This document shows positions 25,956 through 37,826 of a stretch of 64,000 nucleotides of DNA, piece after piece. Position 1 is the first letter of the stretch. Each line of letters begins with the position of its first letter. This DNA is from Parasitella parasitica NRRL 2501 (taxonomy: Eukaryota > Fungi > Mucoromycota), in contig MU619248.1 of NCBI GenBank assembly GCA_025201805.1, positions 62,001 to 126,000 on the forward strand, given 5' to 3'. Position numbers and translations under genes: made by a program. A model generated the notes under the pieces. The model ran no database searches, was not told where the DNA came from, and saw only the letters and a program-made list of their open reading frames with translations.

Positions 25956-27203
25956 ATGTTGGAAGTACAACTGCAAAGACTAGCTTTATATTTAGGCTGT
26001 GCTGTACCGTCTATTCTATTTTATCTTGTCACCAAAAACCAAACTATCAAAAGAGCTAGCAGCGGTGCACCAGATTGGCTGCTTGTGCTAATCGGTTTTA
26101 TCCAAGTCCTGGTACCCGTATTCTATGATGGAAGAGGTGCTGTGATTGACCGTGTCATCTCTGCCGTAATGGCTATTATCATGACTTCGGGCATGTTCTT
26201 TTACGTTCGTGATCGGCAACAGACTCCGGAGGGAAATGAAATACAGCCTTTCTATAGCATTTTAACACGCTGGAATGAAGCGCCTTCTAGCACCTCTAAC
26301 AAACATAAAAAGAACGACGATGTCAAACAACAAGATGCACCTTCACTTTCCGAGATTCGTGTTGATGCGCTCAAGTTTTTGCTTCGAGCGGTAGCGTATA
26401 CTCTAATCTACATTCCTGTTTTCTCCACTATGGATGGTTTCATTCGTGCTTGCCGAGAACCCCCAGAAACCACAACCACTATACCTTACATCCGACGCTT
26501 CTTTACTGCATCTATCCCTACTGCGTCTACATTCTACTACATTTGGTTGGGTGTCACTTTAACTCTCCATATCGCCATCATCCCTCTCGTTCATCTTATC
26601 GCTCATGCAGTTCAGCTGAACATTGTTGCTTGGATCCCCAACGTGAATTACAAAACACTGCTTAGGTTGCATGCAGAATTAGCCCATTTTGTGGCACAAC
26701 CTCCACTCTTTGATAAACCCTGGCTGACCCGATCTGTTTACGATTTATGGTCTCATCGCTGGCATCAAATTTTCAGACCTGGTTTTCATCAAGTAGCTTA
26801 TAATCCAGTCCGCCGTTTATTTGGGAAAGAACATAAGCATATTGGACGTATTGCCGGGACCATTGCCGTCTTTGCTTGTTCGGGCTTAATGCACGACTAT
26901 ATCATTCTTGCTGCAGTAGGACCAAGTAATTACAATCAACCGGGGATCATTGGTTATCAGACACTCTTCTTTTTGTTGCAAGCTTTGGCCACGCTTGTAT
27001 CGGTTATGAGCCCAAGATTGCCTACCTGGCTTGCTCGTACGTTAACCTGGTTCTGGGTGCTGTACACCGCTCCTCTGTTTATTGAGCCTTATGTGAGAAT
27101 CGAGTTGCACCATAGCGCCACAGTGCCTGGCTTTCCAAAATTCATGGATACTCCTCTGGAGGGCATTTGCCCATACGGCCCTCGTAGACTTGTAAATCAA
27201 TAG
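25956..27203 (+). CDS. Membrane-bound O-acyltransferase, wax-synthase/MBOAT_2 type
   Basis: Intronless, multiple TM segments; FDKPWLTRSVYDLWSHRWHQIFR and SGLMHDY (catalytic His). TATAAAA at ~25875 favours ATG 25956 over 25824. Confidence 0.85.
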   Translation: MLEVQLQRLALYLGCAVPSILFYLVTKNQTIKRASSGAPDWLLVLIGFIQVLVPVFYDGRGAVIDRVISAVMAIIMTSGMFFYVRDRQQTPEGNEIQPFYSILTRWNEAPSSTSNKHKKNDDVKQQDAPSLSEIRVDALKFLLRAVAYTLIYIPVFSTMDGFIRACREPPETTTTIPYIRRFFTASIPTASTFYYIWLGVTLTLHIAIIPLVHLIAHAVQLNIVAWIPNVNYKTLLRLHAELAHFVAQPPLFDKPWLTRSVYDLWSHRWHQIFRPGFHQVAYNPVRRLFGKEHKHIGRIAGTIAVFACSGLMHDYIILAAVGPSNYNQPGIIGYQTLFFLLQALATLVSVMSPRLPTWLARTLTWFWVLYTAPLFIEPYVRIELHHSATVPGFPKFMDTPLEGICPYGPRRLVNQ

Positions 27204-27562
27204 ATTATTCATGCATACACTGCATACATTTCATTACATTTTGCATCTTTTGTACATTATCTCTATTTCAGTCGTAAAATAAATCGAATCATTTAACCTT
27301 GAATTGGATATACCTGTCAGAATCCCTTGAGTGTAACGAGCATTTTGCTTAATTTTGTCCTGAGGTAAACGAAAAGCAATTTTATCGATGATGGCACCCT
27401 ATTAAGCTTCATTTTAGCCATCAATCCTAGAGCAAAAATCACGAGAAAACCCTTAAATGGTGATTGCTATCTGCTTGTACTCTTGAATCGTGCTACGGGG
27501 CTTTCCCTTTATACATATGCTCTATCTTTTACAGCGCGGCTGGTAGATTTTGTCCGTTTTGA

Positions 27563-27572
27563 NNNNNNNNNN
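27563..27572. other. Assembly gap (10 N) next to a poly-A tract
   Basis: Run of n. Confidence 1.
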
Positions 27573-27604
<32 letters not shown>

Positions 27605-27940
27605 TTGGTTCTCCAATAATGAATGGCGCTGATTACTTTGTCAAAGTATCAAAGTATCAAACTGCATATACTAATAAGGCATTGATTTGTATATATCCGT
27701 CAAATTATACATTTACACACAATGAAAAATCAAAGCAGATTTAGCAAATGACAATCTCTATTTTTTTAACTTTGCATTAATATATTATGTTACATCTGTA
27801 GAGTCAAGTCAGCATATCCAATATCAAGGAAAGAATATGCAGTCGGAACTGGTTATAACGAACGTGTTTGGTGTACAAAAATGTGTTTGGTATAGCAACT
27901 TATCCGCTATTCAGAATTTGATACTCTACAGTACAGTGCC

Positions 27941-27991
27941 TGGAGCCTGGAACTAGGAACTAGGAATTAGGAACTAGGAACCTGGCACCTG
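27941..27991. repeat. 7-bp minisatellite (consensus [T/A]GGAAC[T/C]), ~7 copies
   Basis: tggagcc tggaact aggaact aggaatt aggaact aggaacc tggcacc read directly. Confidence 0.85.
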
Positions 27992-28459
27992 AAATCTACC
28001 AGAAGCCTATTATGAAGCTTAACTTTTGTTGGTAATATTACCCTCAACCTCAGTCCTAACCTCTATTCTATTTTTTATTTTATACGTTCAGCATTATAAT
28101 CACAAAAAAGGGACTCTTGAACTGACATTAGGCATTACTATGAGTAACAATGGTAATAGGGCTTCTTTATCACTAGCAATTAGCAACTTATGAATTATTC
28201 ACAAACAACAAGGGGTCATTACAGCAAAACATTGTTTTCATTAATTATTGTCTTCTGTTTCCAACTCGATGAGCCATACCTGCTTTATCATATTATTACA
28301 AAGAAAAGTATACTTGTGGCATCAAAAATACTTACTATATAGGGCTGTGTCATGTACTAGAATTGATATTGACGTGATATCATCTCCAGATGGATATTTT
28401 TTACAGTTTAAAAGCAAGAACTTTAGCTTTGTGCACCATTTTTTGACTGATTTTCATAA

Positions 28460-29600
28460 TTAAAAGTGCCCTGAAAACATCAGAAATAATATCCATTGGG
28501 AAAAAACTATATTATATATGATTTTGGTGCAATTTGAGCATAATTTTTTTTTCGATGCAAAATCACGGATTTTTTCGATTTTTTCCTTGTATCCACACAT
28601 CCAAAATCATCAATTATGCATTATCCTCGATTTCAACCTCAAAAATGCAACTTTTTACTATAGCATATATTGAAGGAAAATGACTGTAAAAGGCCATTCC
28701 TCGATCTGAAAGACTGAAAATGCGCTCTGATTAAGCAAAATATTGACTTTTCCCTCTTGATCTGTTTTGATGTTTTCTCAACATAACTTCTTCCATGAGC
28801 ATACCAGGATTATGAAATTATACCATAGTGTAGAGCGTCCAAAAATACAGCTATTATCATAGACTGACAGCGGTGGTATGCATAGTGCCAGAAGATGATA
28901 TCTTGCCTCAAAAGAGTAATTTTGATTTCTTAATGTCCAAATGGAGTTTCTGAAAGAATTTTTCTTTCCTGATTTTGGACGCGTTTAATCTCCGCTATCA
29001 AAGAAAAATGGTGTTCTTTTGAAGAAACATTAGCTTCGAGAAGCCATAGCTTAACCAATTCAAGAGAAAAACAATTTCAAACTAGTTTATTTAAACAGTG
29101 TGCTTCTTGGCTTTCTAATGGAAGGACTTGCATGTCCGTTCCTGACCTGACGATCTCACGCTCCGATTTTGAAAAATACTTCGCCGAAAAAAGTCAGAAA
29201 AGTAGCTTTCCTTCATCTGATGTCAACCTAAAAAGTACAAAAACTTGTTCTAAGAATCGAAAGGTGCTTTATAATCTGATTTATTATTTTACATTACTTT
29301 TTTTTTGTGTTTGAGATCGCTAAACATTGTTTTCTTACAGTTTTTATTTTTTTTTTGATAATTACACACTGAAGTTCGCATTGACCAAAAAANNNNNNNN
29401 NNAAAAAGTCAGAAAAGTAGCTTTCCTTCATCTGATGTCAACCTAAAAAGTACAAAAACTTGTTCTAAGAATCGAAAGGTGCTTTATAATCTGATTTTTT
29501 ATTTTACATTATTTTTTTTTTGTGTGTGAGAGCTCGAAACATTTTTTTCTTACAGTTTTTATTTTTTTTTTGATAATTACACACTGAAGTTCGCAAAAAA
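28460..29600. mobile_element. Degenerate non-coding repeat/transposon relic; contains a ~190-bp direct duplication (29187-29380 / 29403-29594) around a 10-N gap (29393-29402)
   Basis: No credible ORF; motif similarity to 10130-10700; duplication seen directly. Confidence 0.4.
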
Positions 29601-30534
29601 AAAAAAAAGAAAAAAAAAATCAGACGCCTAAAATCTACGCTGGCTTCACAAAGACGCATGCTTTTGAGCCATTCCGATATTATGGAAAAGATGGCACAGA
29701 TTTGACTAGCTGTTCTACTGTGCAACTGGATATAGAGAACCCAGCTTGGTACTTGTCTGACAAGACCTTCTACACTAAAAGACGCCAGATCAACTGAAGG
29801 TATAAGAGAATGCCAGAGAAAAGGAAACAATCTGCCACCAGGATAACACACTCAATCATAAAAAATTATCTGTATAGAAATTTATAAAATCCCAAGGACA
29901 TAATTGTGTTTATCTTCAACCTTACTCTCCGTTTTTGAATCCAATTGAAGGTTTTTGATCCAAAGTCAACAGCCACACATACACCCAGAATCACAGATGT
30001 TTGTCAATAGACAACCACAACTTTTTTTACAGACTACCTTGAACTTCAAAATATGATGCATATAGCTTATTTTATAATACATTCTCTTTATAGTCTCACT
30101 ATGAATGAAAGAAAGCACTTTTCCTTTCTAAATAAGGAAGTCCCCACTTGAAATCTTTCTATGGAGACAGTTCTCTCGGAAATTTCACAAACACCGTGAC
30201 ATTTATCATTTACTTCAACTTTTTTCTCAGAAACCATAAAAAGACTGTATACTTATTTAGGAACTATGTTGGAATCAGTGATTTTATTGAAGTTTGATTC
30301 GTCCAAAAACTAAATGTATCTCAACATATCCCATTCTTATTGCTGTTTCATTTTCACACTGGTGTCCCACTTTCATTGCGGCGTCCATATTCAATTTTAA
30401 AATGACACAAATGTTTTCTATATTTGCAAATGAATGTGCAAAGACAGTCGGTAATCAAGTCTTTCAGTACATGAGCCCGTTAACAGAAACTTTAATAATA
30501 ACAAATGTAATGTAGTTATAAATGATAATGTACA

Positions 30535-32094
30535 TTATAGCTTGCTTTTCTGCTCGAGTAGTGCAGTGTCGCTACAGAGTAGATATGCATAATCTGGAGA
30601 TGCTGTTTGATCAAAGTGTGGGACAATGACATCCCTCTCAAGATCCAAATCTTGGATCTGCGTAGGATACCATTTTGGCCGTCTCTTATTAATTTTTGAC
30701 ATACACCCTTCGAGGAAATCGTACGAACTCTAAAAACAAACGACTTAAATAAGGGTGTTGTAGTGTAGTGTGTAAACTGTAACATACAAGATCTTTTTTC
30801 CATAGATGACTTTCTAGAAAAATGCATTCAGTCAGCGATAAAGAGGATGCTCTACGAAGCAACTCCAATGTAACTTTAATAGCTAATGGTGAACCAGCTA
30901 GAATCTTGGATTTGCAGGCCAACGAGAATTGCGACCCTTCTGTATCCAATGCAGCAACGATCTCCTCTACTGTATCAAATTTAAAGCAATTTTCAATGAT
31001 TGATTGTTTTTCGTGCTGCGAAATACTAGGAGTCGAGGTCAACCGACCAACTGCGGGCAGTTCTTCAGTAAATTTGCATATTTCTTGCTGTATCTCATGC
31101 AGGCTTGGTGTATCCAAACTTGCCAAATGTTCAGTCATAGCACTTAATCTTTTTGAGGGAACATAATGTGTTGCAAGGCCTATGTGGCTAAACATGTAAA
31201 AAAATGCTGTTACTACATATGTACTACCACGGTAAAATTTAGTAATTACAGTAGATCTTCTGCTTTGATTAATGCTGCGCACAATGTTAGATATCTTCCA
31301 TAATATCCTTTTAAGCGAGAAAAATAATATGAAGACGAGGCATCACAAAAATGCCCAATAGTTGTCTCTGGCATACCAAAAAGCGTATTTTCTGTTACTA
31401 TTTTGATATTTGCTGAACAGCCGAAACAAGCACCTAATCCAACTAAATACAGAATGAGTATATTTGCATAAGGACACCTGCATCTAATGATTGGTATTCA
31501 TACCTGCTAATCCATCTAATAATGATATAGTTGGCTTTTCAAACATGGAAAGTTGGATTAGCGCTTTGTATGAGAGATCAATAGCATTATTTAGGATTGA
31601 TAGTTTCTCTCGATTTTGCATGCCATCAATGAACACTAAATTTCAATGAATCAGTCGGTGAGCAATATGAAATGGCCCTTATTTATAGACAAACATTGCA
31701 AATTACCGCCAGCCGAAAAGACTTTGTCATTCCCTCGAATAAAAATCATATCAGTAGCATCGTATTGCTCGCCAAAAGCCTGCGTTTATATAATATATAG
31801 ACATTATATGCATGATATCATTTAAGGATTGGAGCCCTACCTTGAGGTTTTCATAAATAACTCTAATCATTTTGTCGTCAATTGCATTTAGAGACTTTGG
31901 TCTATTGAAAGTTATCAATTTGCTCCTGTTCATCTCCGTAACGGATACAGCAGATACTTTTGAGGCTTTTCTCTGTGATAAATAATTGTGTATACATACA
32001 TACATAAAATTAGCAATAGTACTACTCTGGCTGATAGAATGTTACCTACTGCAGGCTTATGTAAATTTAATGACTTTTCCAAATTTTTGGACAT
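30535..32094 (-). CDS. 3-hydroxyisobutyryl-CoA hydrolase-like (crotonase fold) with C-terminal PTS1 (SKL)
   Basis: ITFNRPKSLNA, FSAGGNL, FGMPETTIGHFCD (catalytic Glu/Asp positions), IGLATHYVPS, GSPLAIKVT, DFLEG...PKWYP; last exon ends ...EQKSKL-TAA (30537-30535). Confidence 0.88.
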
Positions 32095-32486
32095 TTTTTA
32101 ACGATATTAAGATGAGTGGGAAAAATAGATTTCTTTGCTTTTATAGGTAACTATCGATCGAAAAGATGCAATGCAGTCAGTTGTCGAATCTCGATTACTA
32201 GAGAAAGCTTTTGCCGTTTACGTGCATATAATGCACTGTTCAAAGGTATCTATCAGCTGTTGCAAACCGCACACAACCCGCATTGGATATGTAATTGATC
32301 AAGCTGTATTCGATCAGTCGAAATTAATATATACCGTGTTCCTGATCAAAAGATTCTTTACTACAGGTAGCTTAAGGTACATAATTCCTTTCTAATATAC
32401 ACATGCTTAAATACTTTGTTATGATACGAATGATACAGATCTTGTATTAGTCATTTTACTATATATTGGAACAATTTAATTCAATA

Positions 32487-33469
32487 TTAAACAATATCCA
32501 TGTAGGTAGAGAACAGTTCTTCACCAGGTTGGATATCTCGGAGTGCTACTAAGGCAACTACTCGTATAGGTTGATTTGAAAGTGGATCTAGGCATGCATT
32601 CCAATACATATTGGGTATAAACTGCCTTAACGTATGACGAAATGTCACAGGAAGATCAATTTCTTGATAACGAACTACAATATAAAACGACGCACGAATT
32701 AGCATGACAGTAAACATTTGCGCAATGACATATACCATTTGCTGTGTGTGTGATTGTGCCATTATTGACGTATTGTCCCAAAGCTAAAGGATTACTTGGG
32801 TCCTTATTAGTAATTTCTAACGTAATTGCAATTTATATAAATCAGGGCCTACAGTACCTTAATTCCATGTCATTATCGCTCATCCATGTCCAGTCGCTTA
32901 TTTGTATTACTCCAGGCCAATTTTCTCTTTTGTAAAGTGATTTATAGACTCTTTTCGATAGTCCTTTGGGTTTACCATCGACGTAAATGCCATCTACACA
33001 TTTCAGTATGTATTGATTTGCTAGACTGACAAATAAAATGGGCTCTGATGGCATATATAGTGTTCCGGGATAGAAACAGACAATAGATCCTTTCTTTTGG
33101 GCAGTTCCATTCAGAAATACGCCTGTACCTTGTATTATTATTGTTGAATCAGGAAATTTTTAATACAATAACCGTATATGTGTATTATGTATACATTCAC
33201 AGACCTGCACTGGGTATGCTAGAAGCCTTTCTTTTCACATTGAAATCAAGGGCTGATTTTTCAATCAACGTCAGAACTGATTCTACTGCTGATGCTGCCT
33301 TTTCAGTTGCAAGGGGCATAATGGTGTGATTGACAGGCGCAATCGCCGTTGTTTTGGCAATTAATTTTAACGATTGAAAGGGATAGCTGTGGAGTGTACG
33401 TATTAGTTTCTATGGAAATGTGGAATAAACATAATCTCATTACAATCGATTTAGATAATTTGAAAACAT
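32487..33469 (-). CDS. SET domain protein, SETD9 (C5orf35)-like
   Basis: FYPGTLY.P.EPILFVSLANQYILKCVDG..VDG, NPLALGQYVNN, VALVALRDIQPGEELFSTY; several introns; start inferred. Confidence 0.8.
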
Positions 33470-33598
33470 GTTTTTTATTTTTAACAAAATAGAGAGAAAG
33501 AAAAAGAGAGAGAGATAAAGAGAAGCAGAGCTTTTTTTTTTTTTTTTTTTGTAAATATAGTTGATAGATTTTTTTTTTTCGAGTGATGCACACCAAAA

Positions 33599-34899
33599 TT
33601 AATCTTCTCTAGGGGCACTAAGACATGTTAATACTCATAAAGGATAAATAACTCAAGCTGTAGCTTACCTTCCCTCACTGCGAGCAGGAGACTGGGCAGG
33701 AGATCTAGCAGGGGATTGAGCAGAACCAGCAGATTTGGCAGGAGAGCGAGATCTGGATCTTGATTCAGACTTGGCTCGTCTTCTGTCGCGGCTATCTTCA
33801 CGATCAGAATAATCACGCTTTTCTCTCTTGCGAGGAGGAGATCTGGATCTGGAGGCAGAACGAGAACGAGATTGGCTGGGAGAACGTCTTCTACGACGGG
33901 GAGGGCTTCGGCTACGAGATTCAGAAGGAGAGCGTTTACGGCGACGAGGAGGACTACGAGAACGAGACTTGGATCTAGAGCGAGAGCGGCGAGAAGAACG
34001 ACCATTGCCTCTGTCATTACTACGACCGGTATCCTATTAATGGGCTGGTTAGATTCTATCAATTAGGCTATGGTGTTGTATGTACCTCACGAAGAGTGAC
34101 ACGCTGACCATTCAATTCACGATCATTCAACTTCTTCAAAGCATATTCCATATCATCACGAACAGCGAATTCAACAATGCTAGATAATTCATTATTAAAT
34201 TTTCCATGATGTGTTCGTATATGTTTATAAATTTTACCCTTCAGTGGGACGATCACGAGAGATGTCAGCAAAAGTAACCTCACCAGCTTTACGCATCATA
34301 TCTTTGAGATCCTATGGAGGGGTAATTTCCGCAATTAAAGGAAAAGAAGAAGGACAAAGCCAGCGGCATGATGAGAATCCAGTAACAGACAAGACAGAGA
34401 AGGGATAATTTTTTATGTGTGTAGTGAGCTTCTTTAGAAAAAAGAAGAAACGATGCGTACCTGCCAGTTTGTTCCAGAAGCAATGTTTTCAACAATCAAT
34501 CTATAATGAGAGCGACGACTAGAAAAATGGACATGTCAAAATTCGGTGTACTGAATACTAAAAAAAAAAAATTTCTATTTACCGGTCATTTCCATTAGAA
34601 CGTCTTTCATCATTACGACGAGCACCACGAGCAATTTCGACAATCAAACTATACGTTATATAAGTAAATACGGTTGATATCTAGAAACGCACTTTATCTT
34701 ACCGTTCACCAAGGAAATTTTTACCGTGGAAATCATAAACAACATCCTTGGCATCTCTTTCATCACTGAATTCGACAAAACCAAAACCGGTCTTCACATT
34801 GATTTCACGAATGTCGCCATAGTTCTTGAACAAACGCTCGAGATCACGCTTGGTAGCATCGCGAGCAAGTCGACCAATATAAACTCTTGATGATGCCAT
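33599..34899 (-). CDS. Serine/arginine-rich splicing factor, SRSF4/5/6 (Srp2) type: RRM + pseudo-RRM + RS domain
   Basis: RVYIGRL...GFGFVEF (RRM1), RLIVENI...NWQ^DLKDMMRKAGEV (RRM2), long RS/SP tail; six short introns. Confidence 0.93.
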
Positions 34900-35181
34900 T
34901 TTGAATATTTCCTTGATAACTCAATAGAAGAAAATGAGAGAAGGGAAGAGAAAGGGAAGAAATTTTAACTGGACAGTTCAAAAACATGATTGAAAAACCC
35001 TGCTAGTAGTTCTGCGGCTCGGACAAACATTAGACGGTTAATTTCAACTGGACATCAAGTTCATCAGCTAGAGGATTGTGAGAATGAGTTAAACTGAGGC
35101 CATATGTTTCAAACCCCATGCCCGGTTATGTCCGACAAACCTACATGCACCACATTAATCAAATAAAACTCCGACGTTAAT

Positions 35182-35195
35182 GTTGCCATGGCAAC
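35182..35195. promoter_or_regulatory. Perfect X-box-like palindrome GTTGCCATGGCAAC (RFX-family binding consensus)
   Basis: 14-bp perfect palindrome ~280 bp upstream of the SR-protein ATG. Confidence 0.55.
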
Positions 35196-35565
35196 GATGA
35201 AAATACATATTTGTTAGTGTATCGACACACGATTAAAGTCAAAGAAGGAGATTTTACAGGATAAATGCGATTTGAGTACATCAATGGATACTTTATTCGA
35301 TCATGTTACACCTAAACTATCGGGATCCTATAATGAGAAAGATGTTAACATTATTTCTTGTTAAAGAGCACCGAGTTTGTGCAGAATATGAGAGTATATT
35401 AAGCTTTATTAATCAAAAATATTAAATGTAGTTCAAATAAATAAGAGGGAAGACAAAAAAAGAATCAAAGAAGGTGCAAAGATGAGTTCTTGCTCCCTTT
35501 TTTCTTTCGTATACTTGTTCTTTTTCCTTATTCTCGTTCTCCCTCTCTGTTTTTAATATTTCCCA

Positions 35566-36254
35566 TTACAAAATGCTACATTTCTTTGACTTCTTCTTAA
35601 CAGGAGGCTCTAGTGCAGCAACAATAGCTTCGTCAAACACATTTTTCAAGCCTTTTTGTGTCAGTGCAGAGCATTCAACATATTTAACAGCACCCAATTC
35701 ACGAGCTAATCTCTCGCCGGCCTCGAAAGTGATAGGTCTTTGCTTTTGTCTTGTGAGTTTTTCCAAAACAGTAGGATCCTGACGTAAATCGATTTGTGTT
35801 CCTACAATCAAACAAGGTACACCAGGACAATGATGATGAACTTCAGGAAACCATTTCTCTTTCACATTTTCAAAAGATGCGGGTGAGGTAACTGAAAAAC
35901 ATACAAGGAAAACATCCGTTTGAGGATAAGATAAAGGACGAAGACGATCGTAATCTTCTTGGCCTGCAGTATCAAATAAACCTAGAGTGTAGGCTTCTTC
36001 TCCAACCATTACAGTAACAGCGTAATTATCAAAAACCTAATAATATGGTTACATACGCGTTTGTCAGAAAAATTGAATTTTATCATACTGTAGGAACATA
36101 TTCTGAAGGAAATTTGTTGGTTGTATATGATATCAAAAGACAAGTCTACTCATTGTGAAATGTTGTTAGCTTTTAACTTCTTTGCTTGTGTCAAAGATAA
36201 ACTTACTTTACCAACGGCACCATCACCTACAACAACACATTTTATTGTTTGCAT
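35566..36254 (-). CDS. CDC42: Rho-family GTPase Cdc42
   Basis: [50 protein letters not shown]; two introns. Confidence 0.98.
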
Positions 36255-36404
36255 TACGATCAATAATGTATATGTAACAGAAAAAAAAAAAAAAAAAAAA
36301 GTATATAAAAGAAGAGAGAAAAAGGGAAAGCTATTAAACCTAACAAGAATTTTTTCAATCATTTTTACGGTCTCCGGCACAGAAAAAAAAAGGTGCTCAA
36401 TTTA

Positions 36405-37826
36405 TTAATTCTCTTTAAGAGGGATACTCTTTAAAATGGCTATAAAAGTATCATGAAATTTGTTCATTTTCACAATATCAAGCGAGCCAATCTGCCAGGA
36501 TAAAGTGCAAAATAAAGCGTCATTTGTTGTGATTGAATTTAAAGTAAATGCATTAGTAAATGTCTGAGCGCTCTGACAAAAATACATTGATTTAGCTCTC
36601 CATGCGGCTTGTTGTTTACATGAGAATCGACCAAGATCAGACAATTCTATGCCTCCTGCTCTACCAAGTGCTGAATTCTTTCTTTTATCGTACCAGAAAT
36701 CACAATAAGAAGCAGGAAATTCTGGTAAATACTTTAGGAATAAAGGTTGCTTGGCTCCATCTAATTTGTTCTTGTTCAGGTCACTATTGTACTTTTTAGC
36801 CAAGAACCAAATATCCTGCTGTAATTGCTTTCCTGTCCAAACACTCGTGTAAGCACCTACAAAGTTGCCTATTTGGTTATTAGGAACAGGTGGGTTGCAC
36901 GATCCACGGCAATTGATCGGGGTAGACACTTCAGTTGTAATCTGTTCAGGATAAAGGCGTGCCCAAGTCAGCATCATAGACATGAACAAGATGGCATGAA
37001 CTGAGATGCCTTGTCGCTTCGCCTCATTCATAATAGGTTTCCAAATATCATGAGGGACAGCGATAAGTCTTACATCAGTATTGTGTGCCTCACCGTCAAT
37101 GGCAGGAAAATCTCCTTTCCAACCATCATATGAAATAGGATCGACATAACGAGCAACTGCAGTCGGCAATAGTTTGGGGATTAACGAATGACACAAAACA
37201 GGAACAACATCCCAAGCAAGGGATAAAGAAGGAGCACCTAATTCTTCATAAGGAAGAGGTATTGCTGCATCCTTGACACGAACAATTAATTCTTCCTCCT
37301 TGGCAATGGTATGCTTGGTATTTAGTTGTTGCAGGAAATCATTCCAGAATATAGTCAAACTCATACCATCAGCAATGATATGATGTACAACAAATGCAAC
37401 GACGCAGCTTGTGGGTGTCTGAGGCATGATTTGGATACGCCATAAGGGCAATAATGAATCGACATCAAATTCCGTGCCTGTTTGCTCTGTAAGAAGCTCC
37501 TGCAATGACGACAAGTTGGTTACTCGCACGTTATCAGTCAAATCAATTTTATCAAGTTGAACAAGATGAGCCGTGCTTTCTTCTTTATTGCGCACAGTCA
37601 GCGAAAGATTAGCATGCGTGTCAATCATACGCGTAATAGCTGGTGCAAAAGCAAGTTGATATACTTTTTCCAAATTTTCATCGCTGGAATTGTATAAACT
37701 AGGATGCTCTAGCTGGGCGGTTAAAGAAATGTTGCCATAAGCTTGAGTTAATTGTTTGGAAAGTTGATACTTTTCCAGTAAACCAAGGGGCCGTTCTTTT
37801 CTAGTATGAATTTCTATTGCAGTCAT
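36405..37826 (-). CDS. Alcohol acetyltransferase/condensation-domain acyltransferase
   Basis: Intronless 473 aa; RPLGLLEKY start, PLWRI, HHIIADGMS (HxxxD), PINCR, ELSDLG. Confidence 0.85.
   Translation of the reverse strand: MTAIEIHTRKERPLGLLEKYQLSKQLTQAYGNISLTAQLEHPSLYNSSDENLEKVYQLAFAPAITRMIDTHANLSLTVRNKEESTAHLVQLDKIDLTDNVRVTNLSSLQELLTEQTGTEFDVDSLLPLWRIQIMPQTPTSCVVAFVVHHIIADGMSLTIFWNDFLQQLNTKHTIAKEEELIVRVKDAAIPLPYEELGAPSLSLAWDVVPVLCHSLIPKLLPTAVARYVDPISYDGWKGDFPAIDGEAHNTDVRLIAVPHDIWKPIMNEAKRQGISVHAILFMSMMLTWARLYPEQITTEVSTPINCRGSCNPPVPNNQIGNFVGAYTSVWTGKQLQQDIWFLAKKYNSDLNKNKLDGAKQPLFLKYLPEFPASYCDFWYDKRKNSALGRAGGIELSDLGRFSCKQQAAWRAKSMYFCQSAQTFTNAFTLNSITTNDALFCTLSWQIGSLDIVKMNKFHDTFIAILKSIPLKEN

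Noticed and set aside
27941-27991. Heptamer array as CRISPR or telomeric repeat
   Set aside because: No spacers, only ~7 degenerate units and not TTAGGG-like; an ordinary minisatellite.
29187-29594. ~190-bp direct repeat as a biological tandem duplication or LTR
   Set aside because: The two copies sit either side of a 10-N gap and differ mainly around homopolymers; most likely unmerged contig ends or haplotypes.
33628-34062. Hydrophobic 144-aa ORF
   Set aside because: Alternative reading frame of the repetitive RS domain.
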